Positions 1-10,643 are shown, numbered from the stretch's first letter. The stretch: DNA of 24,000 nt from Parashewanella spongiae (GCF_004358345.1 NZ_CP037952.1:5129457-5153456), one strand, 5' to 3'. Numbers and translations: made by a program. Notes: generated by a model not told the origin, from the sequence alone.

Positions 1-60
1 CACGATAACAACCATGACTTCTAATAAAGTAAAACCTTCTTGCTTATTCGTTACTTGCAT
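1..60 (-). CDS. gspG: Type II secretion major pseudopilin GspG, first 20 codons only (gene runs off the left edge)
   Basis: The reverse complement of 1-60 reads MQVTNKQEGFTLLEVMVVIV: a short leader followed by the G/FTLLE prepilin-peptidase cleavage-methylation motif. AGGAG (rc of 67-71) lies 6 nt upstream. The position directly after gspF fits gspCDEFG order. It is absent from the ORF track because it is truncated. Confidence 0.85.
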   Translation of the reverse strand, partial: MQVTNKQEGFTLLEVMVVIV

Positions 61-110
61 GTACTACTCCTAGAAATTGTTAATTTTATGATTAACTCAC
101 AAAACCATTA

Positions 111-1328
111 TTAGCCACTGACTAAGTTGTTTAATGCCAGTATTGGCTGCAAAATAGCCAATACAATGAATAACACGATACCGGCCATGCTGATCACCAA
201 AGCAGGTTCAAAGATCCCAAGCGCAATGGTAACATTCGCTTCAAACTGTCTATCTTGGTTATCAGCAGCACGTTCCAGCATCTGTTCAAGTTCACCACTT
301 TTTTCACCGGATGAAATCATATAAAGCATCATAGGAGGAAAAAGTTTAGTTGCCGTTAACGCAGCGCCTAAACTCGTCCCCTCACGTACTCTAGCGGTGG
401 CTTCTTCTACCGCCCCTTTAACTTTCAGGTTTTGCAGTACATCGCTGGCGATCCTCATACCATCTAATAACGGTACAGAACTGGCTGATAAAATACTTAA
501 TGTACGGGCAAAACGAGCCGTATTGATACTCTTACTTACCTTACCAATCACTGGTAAGGTTAATAGACTACTGTGAAATTTTAATCTGGGGCCGGGCTTT
601 TGGAGCATGCGTTGGAATATCACTCCGCCTCCTAGCACCAGCAACAAAAGGCCTAAGCCATAAGTACGAACAAAATCAGACAATGAAATCAATAATCGTG
701 TTGAGAAAGGTAACTCTTGCCCCATATGCTCAAATTGACTGACCACTTGTGGCACAACGGCAGCCAGTAATATCGCAATAACACCGATAGCCACTAAGGT
801 TAAAACCGTTGGATAAATCATGGCTTGAGTTAACTTAGATTTTAGCTGTTGTCGGCGCTCGGTATAATCAGCTAACCGATTTAACACCACATCTAAATGA
901 CCAGACTTCTCTCCAGATGCCACCATCGCGCGATATAAATCGTCAAAAATATGTGGAAATTCGGCCATAGAGTCAGCCAAACTATAACCTTCGACCACTC
1001 GTGAACGTACAGCCATTACCATACTGGCCAGTCGTTCTTTTTCACATTGCTGACCTACGGCTTTTAACGCTTCTTCAATCGGTAAACCCGCCGCCACTAA
1101 AGTTGCAATTTGGCGGGTAATAAGTGCCAATTCAGCCACTGAAATGCCGCGTTTAAAAAAACTAACACCGCCACGCTTGGCTTCTTTATCTGTAACAGGT
1201 TCAATCTGTAAAGGCGTTAATCGCATGTCCCGCAGTTGGCTACGAGCATGCCTTGCGGTATCGGCTTCGATAACGCCTTTAGTTTGCTTGCCACTCGCTT
1301 CTAATGCTTTATATTCAAATGCAGGCAT
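111..1328 (-). CDS. gspF: Type II secretion inner-membrane platform protein GspF
   Basis: The 405-aa product has the duplicated GspF/PilC-type cytoplasmic domains and three hydrophobic segments. It lies 3 nt downstream of gspE. Confidence 0.93.
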   Translation of the reverse strand: MPAFEYKALEASGKQTKGVIEADTARHARSQLRDMRLTPLQIEPVTDKEAKRGGVSFFKRGISVAELALITRQIATLVAAGLPIEEALKAVGQQCEKERLASMVMAVRSRVVEGYSLADSMAEFPHIFDDLYRAMVASGEKSGHLDVVLNRLADYTERRQQLKSKLTQAMIYPTVLTLVAIGVIAILLAAVVPQVVSQFEHMGQELPFSTRLLISLSDFVRTYGLGLLLLVLGGGVIFQRMLQKPGPRLKFHSSLLTLPVIGKVSKSINTARFARTLSILSASSVPLLDGMRIASDVLQNLKVKGAVEEATARVREGTSLGAALTATKLFPPMMLYMISSGEKSGELEQMLERAADNQDRQFEANVTIALGIFEPALVISMAGIVLFIVLAILQPILALNNLVSG

Positions 1329-1331
1329 CGA

Positions 1332-2909
1332 CTATTCCTCGCGAGTCACTCGCAGTACTTCTTCCAATGTCGTGATACCCATCAATACCTTACTCATGCC
1401 ATCATGACGAATACTGGGTATTGTTTGGCGAAGGTGTTTTTCAATCGCCAGCTCACCTTTTCCGGTATGGATAAGTTCTCTAATGGTGTCATTCACAACC
1501 AATAATTCATGGATGCCAGTACGACCACGATAACCGTTATAACCGCAATTTTTACAACCATTGGCTCGATAGACAGTGCGATGTTCATGTTCAGCAATAC
1601 CTAAGAGTTCACACTCGCTGGCATCTGGAACATGCTCTTGTTTGCAGTCGTTACACAGTGTTCTTACTAGCCTTTGTGCTAATACACCGAGTAAACTCGA
1701 TGACACTAAAAAGGGTTCAACCCCCATATCTTGAAGACGAGTAATAGCACCTGAAGCGGTATTAGTATGTAGTGTTGATATTACCATGTGTCCAGTAAGC
1801 GAGGCTTGTACAGCGATTTGAGCCGTTTCTAAATCACGGATCTCACCAATCATGACGACATCAGGATCTTGACGTAATATAGCCCGTAATCCGCGCGCAA
1901 AGGTCATATCAATTTTAGTATTCACTTGGGTTTGGCCGATGCCTTCAAGCTCATATTCGATGGGATCTTCAACGGTCAGAATATTGGTATCTTTTGAATT
2001 CAGTTCGGTTAACCCAGCATAAAGCGTGGTACTTTTACCTGAGCCAGTCGGCCCTGTGACCAAAATGATACCGTGTGGCTTACGGATCAGTTCATCAAAT
2101 TGAGTGCGGATCCCATCCGTCATGCCCAGTTGTTTAAGATCGAGATTACCTGCATTTTTATCGAGTAAACGCATTACGACACGTTCACCATGACTCGATG
2201 GCATAGTTGATACCCGCACATCAACCGCTCTTCCAGCGATTCGCAACGATATACGTCCATCTTGTGGAATACGCTTCTCAGCAATATCCAATCGAGCCAT
2301 CACTTTAATACGCGATACTAATACGGATGATAATTTGCGATTAGGCTTTAACACTTCTTTCAGCACACCATCAACACGAAAACGTACCACCAGTTGTTTC
2401 TCGTAGGTTTCTACGTGAATGTCCGAGGCTTCTTCTTTAATCGCTTCGGACAACAACGCGTTGATCAGTTTAATGATCGGCGCATCATCATCGCCTTCTA
2501 GCAAATCTTCGGTTTGCGGTAATTCTTCAGCAAGAGTAAATAAGTCCATTTCATTGCCAATATCTTCCATCAACTGCTGAGCTTCAGATGAATTAGCCTG
2601 ATAAGCTTGGGTCAGTTTTGCTTCAAACTGTTGTGGGCTTAACTCTACTAAGGCTAAATCAACCCCTGCATAGCGACGAGCTTCGAGCATCATTTCAACT
2701 TGAGTAGTGTTGGTATGATACAAAGTCAAAACACTCTCGGCATCTTCGGCTAAGACTAAAGCATGACGGTGCGCAAAGGCAAACGGCAAACGTTCATTAC
2801 TACCAGAATGAAAAGCTTCGTCAGTTTGTTGCTCGACGTTCATACCCAGCTCTGATGAAACCGCGGATAATTCAGTCTCTGTAGCTTGTTGAGGTTCACT
2901 CATTGGCAT
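1332..2909 (-). CDS. gspE: Type II secretion ATPase GspE
   Basis: Walker A motif GPTGSGKST, Asp/His boxes, and the tetracysteine motif CNDC...CKNC typical of GspE. The annotated start overlaps the gspD stop by 14 nt. It gives about 38 residues before the conserved RLPFAFA motif, so the internal Met at 2843 is an alternative start. Confidence 0.93.
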   Translation of the reverse strand: MPMSEPQQATETELSAVSSELGMNVEQQTDEAFHSGSNERLPFAFAHRHALVLAEDAESVLTLYHTNTTQVEMMLEARRYAGVDLALVELSPQQFEAKLTQAYQANSSEAQQLMEDIGNEMDLFTLAEELPQTEDLLEGDDDAPIIKLINALLSEAIKEEASDIHVETYEKQLVVRFRVDGVLKEVLKPNRKLSSVLVSRIKVMARLDIAEKRIPQDGRISLRIAGRAVDVRVSTMPSSHGERVVMRLLDKNAGNLDLKQLGMTDGIRTQFDELIRKPHGIILVTGPTGSGKSTTLYAGLTELNSKDTNILTVEDPIEYELEGIGQTQVNTKIDMTFARGLRAILRQDPDVVMIGEIRDLETAQIAVQASLTGHMVISTLHTNTASGAITRLQDMGVEPFLVSSSLLGVLAQRLVRTLCNDCKQEHVPDASECELLGIAEHEHRTVYRANGCKNCGYNGYRGRTGIHELLVVNDTIRELIHTGKGELAIEKHLRQTIPSIRHDGMSKVLMGITTLEEVLRVTREE

Positions 2910-5040
2910 CGTCTTTATTTTCAGTAATGATTTTCAACGCAGGATCTGTCTTGCGCATTTTAGTTTCGATGCTTCTTCCTTGCTGATAATTTTCAAGGAT
3001 ATTGTTCACCGCATCTGGAATGTGCTCGCTTTGATCCCACTCATCCAAAACAGGCACTTGAGTATTGGGCATTAAATTCACCCCTTGCTCTCGTTGCTTT
3101 AACTGCAATGCACGGAAATAGTTATATTTTCTACCAGCAATTCCTTCCATCGTCACGCCATCACGAATGATCGTCGGTTTAATAAATACCATTAGATTAC
3201 GTTTAACTTTTCGACTCGATGACGACTTAAATAAATGCCCTAAAATCGGAATATCACCAAGGAATGGAACTTTCTGAACACTTTCTTGAACTTCTTCGTT
3301 GATTAAACCACCCAAAACGACAATTTGACCAGAATCAGCCATCACCGTAGTAGTTAAGCGTCTTGTTGAAAGAGTAATATCGACACCTGTTGCTCCTTTA
3401 ACACCGGACACTTCTTGTTCAATGGTCAACTTAACCGCACTACCTTCATTAATTTGTGGTACGACTTTTAATTTAACTCCGACTTCTTTTCGTTCAACCG
3501 TCTGAAACGGGTTTGAATTGTCAGAACTGGCTGTTGCACCAGTTAAAATAGGCACTTCATCGCCGACAATAAACTCTGCTTCTTGATTATCCAACGTCGT
3601 AATAGAAGGCGTTGCTAAAACGTTTGAGGTCGTATCCCCTGAGATGGCTTGAACCAGTGCGCCAAAGTCACCACTAAATACGCCCCATGCCGCACCATTA
3701 ATCTTACCAAGCGCCTGAGCTAAGACAGTGATGTCACCTCGTGTATCAGGGTTAGTTGTAGTGATCGGCTGCCCCGTATTTGGATCAATTCTGGTCGTGG
3801 TATTTCCATCTTCACCTTGTGCGGCCCACACACCCGCACCAATCTCACCAATGGTTGTACCTAAGTTGTTAAACTGAGTACCGCCACCAGCAGACGTAGC
3901 CCACTGCACACCAAAGCCGACATTATCATCATTAGATACTTCAACAATAATGGCTTCGACTAATACTTGCGCACGACGAATATCAAGTTGATTAATGACA
4001 TTCTCAATGGTGAGCATTTGATCTGGCTCAGCAGTGATCACTAAAGCATTATTTTCGGCATGAGCCATAATATTGATGCCACTATTGCGGCGGCTATTAT
4101 TTCGACTGCTGCCTGCTTTTGATGAGCGTGATTTTGATGCTAAGCTGCCCTTTTTCTCGCTGGATAAATTCTCTGCAAAACCAGTCAGCACTTCTACGAG
4201 ATCTTCCGCTTTGGCGTAGCGTAAATAACGGACTTTGGTGTTACCAGTATTCGCTTGCTCTGAATCTAAGCGTTTAATTAACTTGATGATACGTGTACGG
4301 GTTTTCTCATCACCGCTGACTACCACTGAGTTTGTACGCTCATCGGCCACAATTTTAGGCTCTTTACTTCGGTTACTTGTTCCGCCATTTTGACGATTCA
4401 AGGTTTCAATAATGCGAACAATTTCTCCCGCTGAGGCATAGTTAAGCGGTACCACTTTGACACCCGTATCAGATTGTTTGTCGACACGATGGACAATTTC
4501 AACCAGCTTATTAACCACTGCCGCACGCCCTGAAATCATCAAGGCATTGGACTCAACGTTAACCACGTTGCCGCCACCGGCATTATCATTAAGTTGTCTT
4601 AGCAATGGTGCGATTTGCTTCGCATCACTGTTGTAGACCTTAACAATACGCGTGACCATTTCGTCACCAACACCGGGGTTGTTATCGTCAGCCACCCGAA
4701 TCGAAGACGTTTTTGCGTCTTTATCTTTAATGACTTTAATGATGTTATTGTCCATCTCAACGACGGCGTAACCGTAGACTTGCAACACATTGAGAAAAAA
4801 TTGGTAATACTGATCGTCATCAAGCAGATCATAACTACGAACATTAATTTTTCCGCGAACGGTAGGATCGACAATGATGGTACGGTTGAGGTTTTTACCA
4901 ACAATATTGATGAACTCTTGAATGTCTGTACCTTTGAAATTGGCCGCATATTCAGCTGACCAAGTGTATGTTGGCGACAGTAGGACAAGTCCGGCCATTA
5001 AACCGGTCAGGAATTTACGTCCTGCTTTATGCTTCGTCAT
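2896..5040 (-). CDS. gspD: Type II secretion outer-membrane secretin GspD
   Basis: The 714-aa product has a signal peptide, N0-N3 domains and the C-terminal secretin domain ([14 protein letters not shown]). A Ser/Arg/Asn-rich low-complexity linker ([29 protein letters not shown]) precedes the secretin core. Confidence 0.93.
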   Translation of the reverse strand: MTKHKAGRKFLTGLMAGLVLLSPTYTWSAEYAANFKGTDIQEFINIVGKNLNRTIIVDPTVRGKINVRSYDLLDDDQYYQFFLNVLQVYGYAVVEMDNNIIKVIKDKDAKTSSIRVADDNNPGVGDEMVTRIVKVYNSDAKQIAPLLRQLNDNAGGGNVVNVESNALMISGRAAVVNKLVEIVHRVDKQSDTGVKVVPLNYASAGEIVRIIETLNRQNGGTSNRSKEPKIVADERTNSVVVSGDEKTRTRIIKLIKRLDSEQANTGNTKVRYLRYAKAEDLVEVLTGFAENLSSEKKGSLASKSRSSKAGSSRNNSRRNSGINIMAHAENNALVITAEPDQMLTIENVINQLDIRRAQVLVEAIIVEVSNDDNVGFGVQWATSAGGGTQFNNLGTTIGEIGAGVWAAQGEDGNTTTRIDPNTGQPITTTNPDTRGDITVLAQALGKINGAAWGVFSGDFGALVQAISGDTTSNVLATPSITTLDNQEAEFIVGDEVPILTGATASSDNSNPFQTVERKEVGVKLKVVPQINEGSAVKLTIEQEVSGVKGATGVDITLSTRRLTTTVMADSGQIVVLGGLINEEVQESVQKVPFLGDIPILGHLFKSSSSRKVKRNLMVFIKPTIIRDGVTMEGIAGRKYNYFRALQLKQREQGVNLMPNTQVPVLDEWDQSEHIPDAVNNILENYQQGRSIETKMRKTDPALKIITENKDDANE

Positions 5041-5066
5041 TATTTCTCTTCCCCTAAACCTAAATG

Positions 5067-5987
5067 CTATTGCGGTAAACCAAAGGTAATTTCAACGAGT
5101 TGTCCTTGGCGTTCAACCATAACAGACAATTCTGTGAGTTCTGGCAATTGAGCCATGACTTCAAGCGCCTGTGAAATATCCGTTAAATCATAACCATTAA
5201 TTGATTTAGCTAAATCATTAGCCTTAAAACCTGCTTGTTTAAATAACTGCCGATCTTTCCCCGGGTTTAAACGGTAACCTTGCAGTGCTCCGTTTATTGT
5301 TTTCGGCGAAATGGATAAATAGTCCGATATTTTATTGGGATCTTGCATCACTTCACTTCGAGATTCGGCAATTCGAGCTGCAATCGCTTTATTGTTACGC
5401 TGATCTATTTTTCTCAATTTAGATTTCGCACTGGCTTTATGTAATGCATTGTTTGCACTCGATTGAGCCGTGAATTGTAACCCATCTAACATGACAGTTT
5501 CATAACGACCGCTGTTAGTGATAATAATCCTATCAGCATACACTTCTTTCAACGAAGCCGATGTGCCTTTAATTTTATCACCGATACTATAAGTAACTTG
5601 TTCACCATTTGAATCAATAACCGCAAGCCCTTGTTGCTTTGCTGTTGATGCCACAACACCCGTTAATTGAATGGATAATGATGATTTTGGTGCATCAGTG
5701 ATAAGCTCTGGCTGAGCGACAGGTTCGTGCTCAACCGTTGCGTCATGTTTACCAAAGAGAGCAAGTTGTTGGATACCACTTAAATCAACGTTTGATGAGG
5801 TACTGTTTGAATTCGATTGGCCCGTTGCCTTCCAAACTGAAGCGTGTTGCGGTGTGGGGATTAAGTTCCAAGTAATTTGCGCCATTAAATACAACACAAT
5901 GGATAACCCACCCCAAAAAACGGCTAAACTGAGCGGCTTATGCGGTAGCCCGACCACTTTCGTTATAACTTTATCTAATGCATCCAT
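5067..5987 (-). CDS. gspC: Type II secretion protein GspC (N-terminal TM anchor, HR domain, C-terminal PDZ-like domain)
   Basis: It is the first gene of the operon, has a single N-terminal TM helix (LSLAVFWGGLSIVLYLMAQI), and carries a PDZ-like C-terminus (GYRLNPGKDRQLFKQAGFKANDLAKSING). Confidence 0.8.
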   Translation of the reverse strand: MDALDKVITKVVGLPHKPLSLAVFWGGLSIVLYLMAQITWNLIPTPQHASVWKATGQSNSNSTSSNVDLSGIQQLALFGKHDATVEHEPVAQPELITDAPKSSLSIQLTGVVASTAKQQGLAVIDSNGEQVTYSIGDKIKGTSASLKEVYADRIIITNSGRYETVMLDGLQFTAQSSANNALHKASAKSKLRKIDQRNNKAIAARIAESRSEVMQDPNKISDYLSISPKTINGALQGYRLNPGKDRQLFKQAGFKANDLAKSINGYDLTDISQALEVMAQLPELTELSVMVERQGQLVEITFGLPQ

Positions 5988-6257
5988 TTCAATGGGAACC
6001 TATAAAATAGTCACGCTATTGTTACTTCACGCAATTGCTACTGACACAATGCACAATAATCCTGCCATGCTACCTTAGCCTGTTGCCAGCAACAAGCTTT
6101 TAACAGTGCGAAGATTGGCCTAAATTGACCATTTATGCTAACTTTGCGGCTCAAATGTACCGTTACTTTGCCTTAAAACGTAACTTTACTAATAAAAACT
6201 GAACGCTAGCTGATCCAAATCCACTCTTTTAGTTATCAGTCTCGAATCGGAGCGGTT

Positions 6258-6677
6258 ATGACCACTGAAAACAAAAAAATCACTCCTATAAGACTTGATA
6301 AATGGCTTTGGGCTGCCCGTTTCTATCGTACTCGCGCCATTGCTAAGCAAATGATTGACGGCGGAAAAGTACACTACAATGGTCAGCGCACGAAATCCAG
6401 TAAGAATGTCGAAATTGGCGCTCAAATTCTTTTACGCCAAGGTTATGATGAAAAAGAAGTCGTTGTCCAAGCACTTTCTGAACATCGCGGTAATGCAACC
6501 TTAGCCCAGACGTTATACCAAGAAACGGATCAAAGCTTGAAAAAGCGCCAAGTATCCGCTGAAGCAAGACGATTAAACCGATTAAACAATCCTGCTCCAG
6601 ATCATAAACCAGATAAAAAACAACGTCGTCAAATTGTACGTTTCAAACAAAACCAATTTATTGATGACACCGAGTGA
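6258..6677 (+). CDS. hslR: Ribosome-associated heat shock protein Hsp15 (S4 RNA-binding domain)
   Basis: The N-terminal RLDKWLWAARFYRTRAIAKQMIDGGKVHYNG S4-type motif, a basic C-terminal tail, GGAG 5 nt upstream of the ATG, and a position immediately upstream of hslO. Confidence 0.9.
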   Translation: MTTENKKITPIRLDKWLWAARFYRTRAIAKQMIDGGKVHYNGQRTKSSKNVEIGAQILLRQGYDEKEVVVQALSEHRGNATLAQTLYQETDQSLKKRQVSAEARRLNRLNNPAPDHKPDKKQRRQIVRFKQNQFIDDTE

Positions 6678-6689
6678 GATCACATAAAC

Positions 6690-7532
6690 ATGAGTATAGA
6701 CACTTTACATCGCTATTTGTTCGATAATGCCGACGTTCGCGGCGAGATTGTTCAGTTAGAGCAAAGCTATCAACAAATAATTACCTCGCACAACTACCCC
6801 AAGGTACTAAGAAATCTTTTGGGAGAATTGATGGTCGCCAGTTCATTATTAACGGCAACACTGAAGTTTAAAGGTGACATCGCCGTTCAAATACAAGGTG
6901 ATGGCCCCGTTTCACTGGCTGTGATCAATGGCAATGACCAACAGCAATTACGCGGTGTAGCTCGTTGGCAAGGAGAATTAAAAGATAACGCAACCTTAGC
7001 GGAATTGTTTGGTAAAGGTCATTTGGTGATTACGTTAACACCTGAAGAAGGTGAACGATATCAAGGCGTAGTTGCACTAGATAAACCTAATTTAGCAGGC
7101 TGTATCGAAGCATACTTTATGCAGTCAGAACAACTGCCCACTCGACTTTGGTTATTCACTAACGACGAAAAAGCCGCAGGGATTTTCTTACAAGTATTGC
7201 CGTCGGACAAAGATCATCTCGATGATTTCGATCACTTGACCCAACTTACAGCAACCACAAAACCTGACGAGATTTTTACGCTTCCAGCTGAAGAGTTACT
7301 GCATCGATTATATCATGAAGAACAAGTGCGCTTGTTTGAGCCAGTTGATGTCAGTTTCAAATGTCGCTGCTCTCGAGAGCGCACTTCAGCGGCAATATTA
7401 TCTCTCCCGAAAGAAGAGGTCGCCAGTATCCTCGAAGAACAAAACGCGGTTGAATTAGATTGTGAATACTGCAATACCCGTTACCGTTTTGACTCGATTG
7501 ATGTCGCTGCCATATATGCACATTCAACCTAG
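6690..7532 (+). CDS. hslO: Redox-regulated chaperone Hsp33
   Basis: The 280-aa product has the diagnostic C-terminal zinc centre CRCS...CEYC. The stop codon TAG (7530-7532) lies inside the left terminal repeat of MITE-like element R1-A (see findings). Confidence 0.93.
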   Translation: MSIDTLHRYLFDNADVRGEIVQLEQSYQQIITSHNYPKVLRNLLGELMVASSLLTATLKFKGDIAVQIQGDGPVSLAVINGNDQQQLRGVARWQGELKDNATLAELFGKGHLVITLTPEEGERYQGVVALDKPNLAGCIEAYFMQSEQLPTRLWLFTNDEKAAGIFLQVLPSDKDHLDDFDHLTQLTATTKPDEIFTLPAEELLHRLYHEEQVRLFEPVDVSFKCRCSRERTSAAILSLPKEEVASILEEQNAVELDCEYCNTRYRFDSIDVAAIYAHST

Positions 7533-7810
7533 AAACATCAGTTGACTGCGTTTTCAAGCGTAGAAAAGTGGCTGATAGTAAGGCGTAGCTTGCAGCAAGT
7601 AGTTATTCTATCTGCAAAAGTTACAACACAGATAGCAGTCATTTTAGCAAGCTTGTGAGCGTAGAGCACTTCACTCATTGGGTGAAAGCCATGATGATAA
7701 AGTCATCGTATTGCTCAAACAGTTACTCATATACTCAGCGTTCAACTGATCTTTTTAGGAAAGTTGCGTAAAAAAGTATACCGATGAGTTTTCGTCACTC
7801 CAGCGCAAGC

Positions 7811-7842
7811 TGGAAACGAAGTAACGACAGTTTTGTATGTCG
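7811..7842 (+). repeat. Hairpin module, copy 1 (TGGAAACGAAGTAACGACAGTTTTGTATGTCG)
   Basis: It is 32/32 identical to 8028-8059. The core is a stem-loop, CGACA-GTTTTGTA-TGTCG. Confidence 0.85.
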
Positions 7843-7850
7843 GTAGTCTA

Positions 7851-8143
7851 GGGGCTGTTTATCTTTCAGGATTAAATTTTGTGCTATTTGAGCGTTTATC
7901 TGTTCAAAGCGTAAGCAGTGAAGCTTAGTCATCTAAGTAAACGGGTTACAACACAGAACAGTGAACACTCAAAAGCATCTAAGACAGCGTAAATTGGTCA
8001 TTTCTACTGCGTTATCGCTTGCTTATTTGGAAACGAAGTAACGACAGTTTTGTATGTCGATAATACCAAACCGCACAAGCTCTGTCTTGTATAAAACGAC
8101 CAATTTATCGCTGCAAAAATAAGCACGAAAGATAAACAGCCCC
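7851..8143. mobile_element. Inverted-repeat element R4 (293 bp) nested inside R3-A
   Basis: There are perfect 17-bp terminal inverted repeats: GGGGCTGTTTATCTTTC (7851-7867) and GAAAGATAAACAGCCCC (8127-8143). The interior holds a degenerate R1-like stretch (GTTACAACACAGAACAGTGAAC, about 7945-7966) and hairpin-module copy 2. I found no clear target duplication. Confidence 0.55.
8028..8059 (+). repeat. Hairpin module, copy 2
   Basis: It is identical to 7811-7842 and lies inside R4. Confidence 0.85.
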
Positions 8144-8265
8144 TTTTTTCTATAAAGGTCACTGGATACCAGCTTTCGCTGGCATGACAAAGATTGGTAC
8201 TTTCTAAATCGCTAGATCCCTTAGGTTCAAACATCAATCAACAAAACAATAGTCAATTTTGTTTA

Positions 8266-8290
8266 TGGCAATCTTCCCATTAGATTGCCA
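8266..8290 (+). terminator. Perfect 9-bp-stem palindrome TGGCAATCT-N7-AGATTGCCA; candidate ancestral hslRO terminator or operator
   Basis: The stem-loop is read directly from the sequence. If R1-A is excised in silico, the hslO frame runs on to a TAG at 8281-8283 inside this hairpin. The downstream tract TATCTTTACTT is only weakly U-rich. Confidence 0.3.
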
Positions 8291-8497
8291 TATCTTTACT
8301 TGCCACGTCGTTAACTATCACCACGATAAACAGTCTGTTTCCTTCAACGACACTAGAATCTCACCTTTTCAGATTAAGTTCAGTTACAATCATCGCAATA
8401 ACATAATAATAATCATGGGCATAAGCCCGTCCTCAATGTCGACACTAATGATCGACAAATAATTTTACATCTTGCCCCAAACATGGAGAGTTTAGTT

Positions 8498-10039
8498 ATG
8501 AGTGATACCACTCGTCGTACTTATTCAAACCTTACCACCGCCCAACTTGTCGAAATTTCACTCGCACGCAATGAAGGTCAATTGACTGAAAATGGTGCCC
8601 TAGTGGCCCAAACCGGATCTCGCACAGGACGATCTCCAAATGATCGCTTTATTGTGCAAGAAGAAAGTTCTCAGGATCAAGTTGACTGGGGTAATGTCAA
8701 TAAGCCTTTTTCAGCCGAAAAATTCACCGCGCTTTGGCAGCGTGTCGAGCATTATCTGAGCAATAAAGATATTTTTGTGTCGCAATTAGAAGTCGGCGCC
8801 GATCCAGAGCACTATTTACCTGTCCAAGTCACCACAGAATATGCTTGGCATCAACTTTTCGCTCGTAACATGTTTATCGTTCCAGAAGTGTTTAACAAAG
8901 CAAACAAAGGCAGTTGGCAAATTATCAACGCACCCGGGTTTGAATGTATTTCAGAACGTGATGGTACACATTCAGAGGCCACGGTGATTATAAATTTTGC
9001 TGAGCGCAAAGTACTGCTCGCGGGTTTGAAGTACGCCGGAGAAATGAAAAAATCTATGTTTTCAGTGCAGAATTTTTTACTGCCAGCCAAAGGAGTGTTA
9101 CCTATGCATTGCTCTGCCAATGTGGGGCATGATGGTAATACCACATTATTTTTTGGTCTTTCAGGAACAGGAAAAACCACTTTATCCGCAGATCCAAAAC
9201 GTTTCTTAATTGGTGATGATGAACACGGCTGGGCACCTGGTGGCGTATTTAATATAGAAGGCGGTTGTTACGCCAAGTGCATCAATTTGAGCCAAAAGAA
9301 TGAACCCGTTATTTGGGATGCGATTCGGTTCGGAACTGTGCTGGAAAACGTGATGCTTGATGCTAAGCGTCGCCCTGATTTTGATGACACAAGTTTAACT
9401 GAAAATAGCCGTGCCGCTTATCCACTCGAGCATGTTACCCAGCGTAAAAAAGACAATCGTGGCGGCGAACCTCGCGCCGTCGTATTTTTAACCTGTGATG
9501 TCTCAGGGGTTTTGCCTCCGGTATCTAAGCTTTCTAAAGAGCAAGCGGCGTTTCATTTTTTGTCTGGTTATACCGCCAAGGTTGGCTCTACAGAGGTTGG
9601 TTCAACCGCGGCCATTCAGTCAACCTTTTCTACTTGCTTTGGTGCGCCGTTCTTTCCTCGCCCAGCCAGTGTTTATGCTGAGCTATTGATGGAACGGATT
9701 GCAGGCTTTGGCAGCCAAGTGTTTTTAGTTAACACAGGCTGGACAGGTGGTCCATATGGCACAGGAACACGTTTCGACATACCTACAACCCGCGCGATTA
9801 TTGATGCCATTGTTTCCGGTGAGCTCAATGATGTCGATACTACACACCTTGAACAATTAAACTTAGATATCCCTGTTAACGTTTCTGGAGTAGACGAACA
9901 ACTTTTAAACCCAGTCAATACTTGGAGCGATAAGCAGCAATACGCTGGCTACGCCCAACAACTGGCAAAAGAGTTTAATGATAACTTCAAGCAGTATCAG
10001 GTTTCAGAATTGATTTCAAAAGCTGGCCCTAAGATTTAA
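8498..10039 (+). CDS. pckA: Phosphoenolpyruvate carboxykinase (ATP)
   Basis: The ATP-type PckA motifs are present: [18 protein letters not shown] and IGDDEHGW. The ORF track starts at 8483, but GGAGAG (8485-8490) sits 7 nt upstream of the ATG at 8498 (MSDTTRR...), so 8498 is the preferred start. Confidence 0.93.
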   Translation: MSDTTRRTYSNLTTAQLVEISLARNEGQLTENGALVAQTGSRTGRSPNDRFIVQEESSQDQVDWGNVNKPFSAEKFTALWQRVEHYLSNKDIFVSQLEVGADPEHYLPVQVTTEYAWHQLFARNMFIVPEVFNKANKGSWQIINAPGFECISERDGTHSEATVIINFAERKVLLAGLKYAGEMKKSMFSVQNFLLPAKGVLPMHCSANVGHDGNTTLFFGLSGTGKTTLSADPKRFLIGDDEHGWAPGGVFNIEGGCYAKCINLSQKNEPVIWDAIRFGTVLENVMLDAKRRPDFDDTSLTENSRAAYPLEHVTQRKKDNRGGEPRAVVFLTCDVSGVLPPVSKLSKEQAAFHFLSGYTAKVGSTEVGSTAAIQSTFSTCFGAPFFPRPASVYAELLMERIAGFGSQVFLVNTGWTGGPYGTGTRFDIPTTRAIIDAIVSGELNDVDTTHLEQLNLDIPVNVSGVDEQLLNPVNTWSDKQQYAGYAQQLAKEFNDNFKQYQVSELISKAGPKI

Positions 10040-10160
10040 TCTATTTGCTGAATTATCCTAAATAAATCAGATGGGAGCGTTCATATACGCAGAAAAAATT
10101 ACTGATAGCAAGGCATAAATAGCAGCAAGTAGTGGTTACCGACATAAAAAACTGTCGTTA

Positions 10161-10325
10161 GGGATGTCGCAGTTCAAATAATACCACTTTAAATTTCAAC
10201 GCTTAATTTGTCATACCTGCGAACGCAGGTATCCAGCGACTTGTGCCCAAATTAACCAAAGACTCTGGACTCCTGCGTTCGCAGGAGTGACGATAAAATT
10301 GGTATACATTCTTCCGCCACGTCCC
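10161..10325 (+). mobile_element. MITE-like element family R3, copy B (165 bp, apparently intact)
   Basis: The ends are GGGATGTCGC and GCCACGTCCC (rc GGGACGTGGC). There are two internal hairpins, TACCTGC-GAAC-GCAGGTA (10214-10231) and CTCCTGC-GTTC-GCAGGAG (10270-10287). It is flanked by TTA (10158-10160) and TTA (10326-10328). Confidence 0.75.
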
Positions 10326-10328
10326 TTA

Positions 10329-10643
10329 TACCAATTACAGTAATTAAATGCTCAACTCAGAGCTATGTATGCGCACAAAGTACAAACGAAATTGGTGAAA
10401 ACATAGTTATCTACGTTGAGATAATTTTGTGAAGTAATTTTTGCGCATACAAGCTCCCGAAGGACAAGGCTAAAGGTTTCCATTACTGCGTTGCACCTTC
10501 TTGAATTATCCCGACAAAAGCACTAAGTGTGTTGAACGCCAGTTTTGTATGGCGGCCGTAGGGAATATAGTACTTCGAACATGCGCCTTGTACTGAAAAC
10601 CTTTATCTCTTGCTGAGTGAGAGATTAATTACTGTAATTGGTA
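10329..10643. mobile_element. MITE-like element family R5, copy B (315 bp, TACCAATTACAGTAATTAA terminal inverted repeats)
   Basis: ATACCAATTACAGTAATTAA (10328-10347) is the exact reverse complement of TTAATTACTGTAATTGGTAT (10625-10644). It is flanked by TTA (10326-10328) and TTA (10644-10646). The interior contains a variant hairpin module, CGCCA-GTTTTGTA-TGGCG (10537-10554). Confidence 0.75.

Larger units (their letters stand above)
7758..8220 (-). mobile_element. MITE-like element family R3, copy A (two REP-like hairpin arms, expanded by nested material)
   Basis: Both arms align with the reverse complement of the 165-bp copy at 10161-10325: GGAAAGTTGCG..GTATACCGAT..TCGTCACTCCAGCGCAAGCTGGA on the left, and GTCACTGGATACCAGCTTTCGCTGGCATGACAAAGATTGGTAC..GATCCC on the right. 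It is flanked by TTA (7755-7757) and TTA (8221-8223). Confidence 0.7.
7528..8225 (+). mobile_element. MITE-like element family R1, copy A (232 bp of R1 sequence, interrupted near its right end by nested R3-A)
   Basis: The left end CCTAGAAACATCAGTTGAC (7528-7546) is inverted relative to the right end TTCAACTGATCTTTTTAGG (7741-7759, equivalently completed at 8221-8225 after the nested insert). It aligns along its length with copies at 10057 and 21164. It is flanked by the direct repeat TTCAA (7523-7527 and 8226-8230). Confidence 0.8.

Noticed and set aside
127-5040. ORF-track entries nested in or antisense to the gsp genes (127-324, 1144-1407, 4599-4988, 4615-4959)
   Set aside because: They lie entirely within well-supported gspF, gspE or gspD coding sequence on the opposite strand or in another frame. 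They are shadow ORFs with low-complexity or odd composition and no RBS.
6039-6056. ACTGACACAATGCACA resembling the R2 terminal repeat, in the gspC-hslR divergent region
   Set aside because: The match is short and imperfect, with no partner repeat or R2 interior nearby. It could be a remnant but is not supportable.
6000-6257. Search for a sigma-32 heat-shock promoter upstream of hslR
   Set aside because: I could not find a convincing CTTGAAA-N13-15-CCCCATNT arrangement, so no promoter is called.
8004-8462. ORFs 8004-8237 (-) and 8259-8462 (+) in the hslO-pckA spacer
   Set aside because: The first is composed of R3-A/R4 repeat sequence. The second spans the reconstructed ancestral hslO tail and hairpin. 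Neither has an RBS or a recognisable product.
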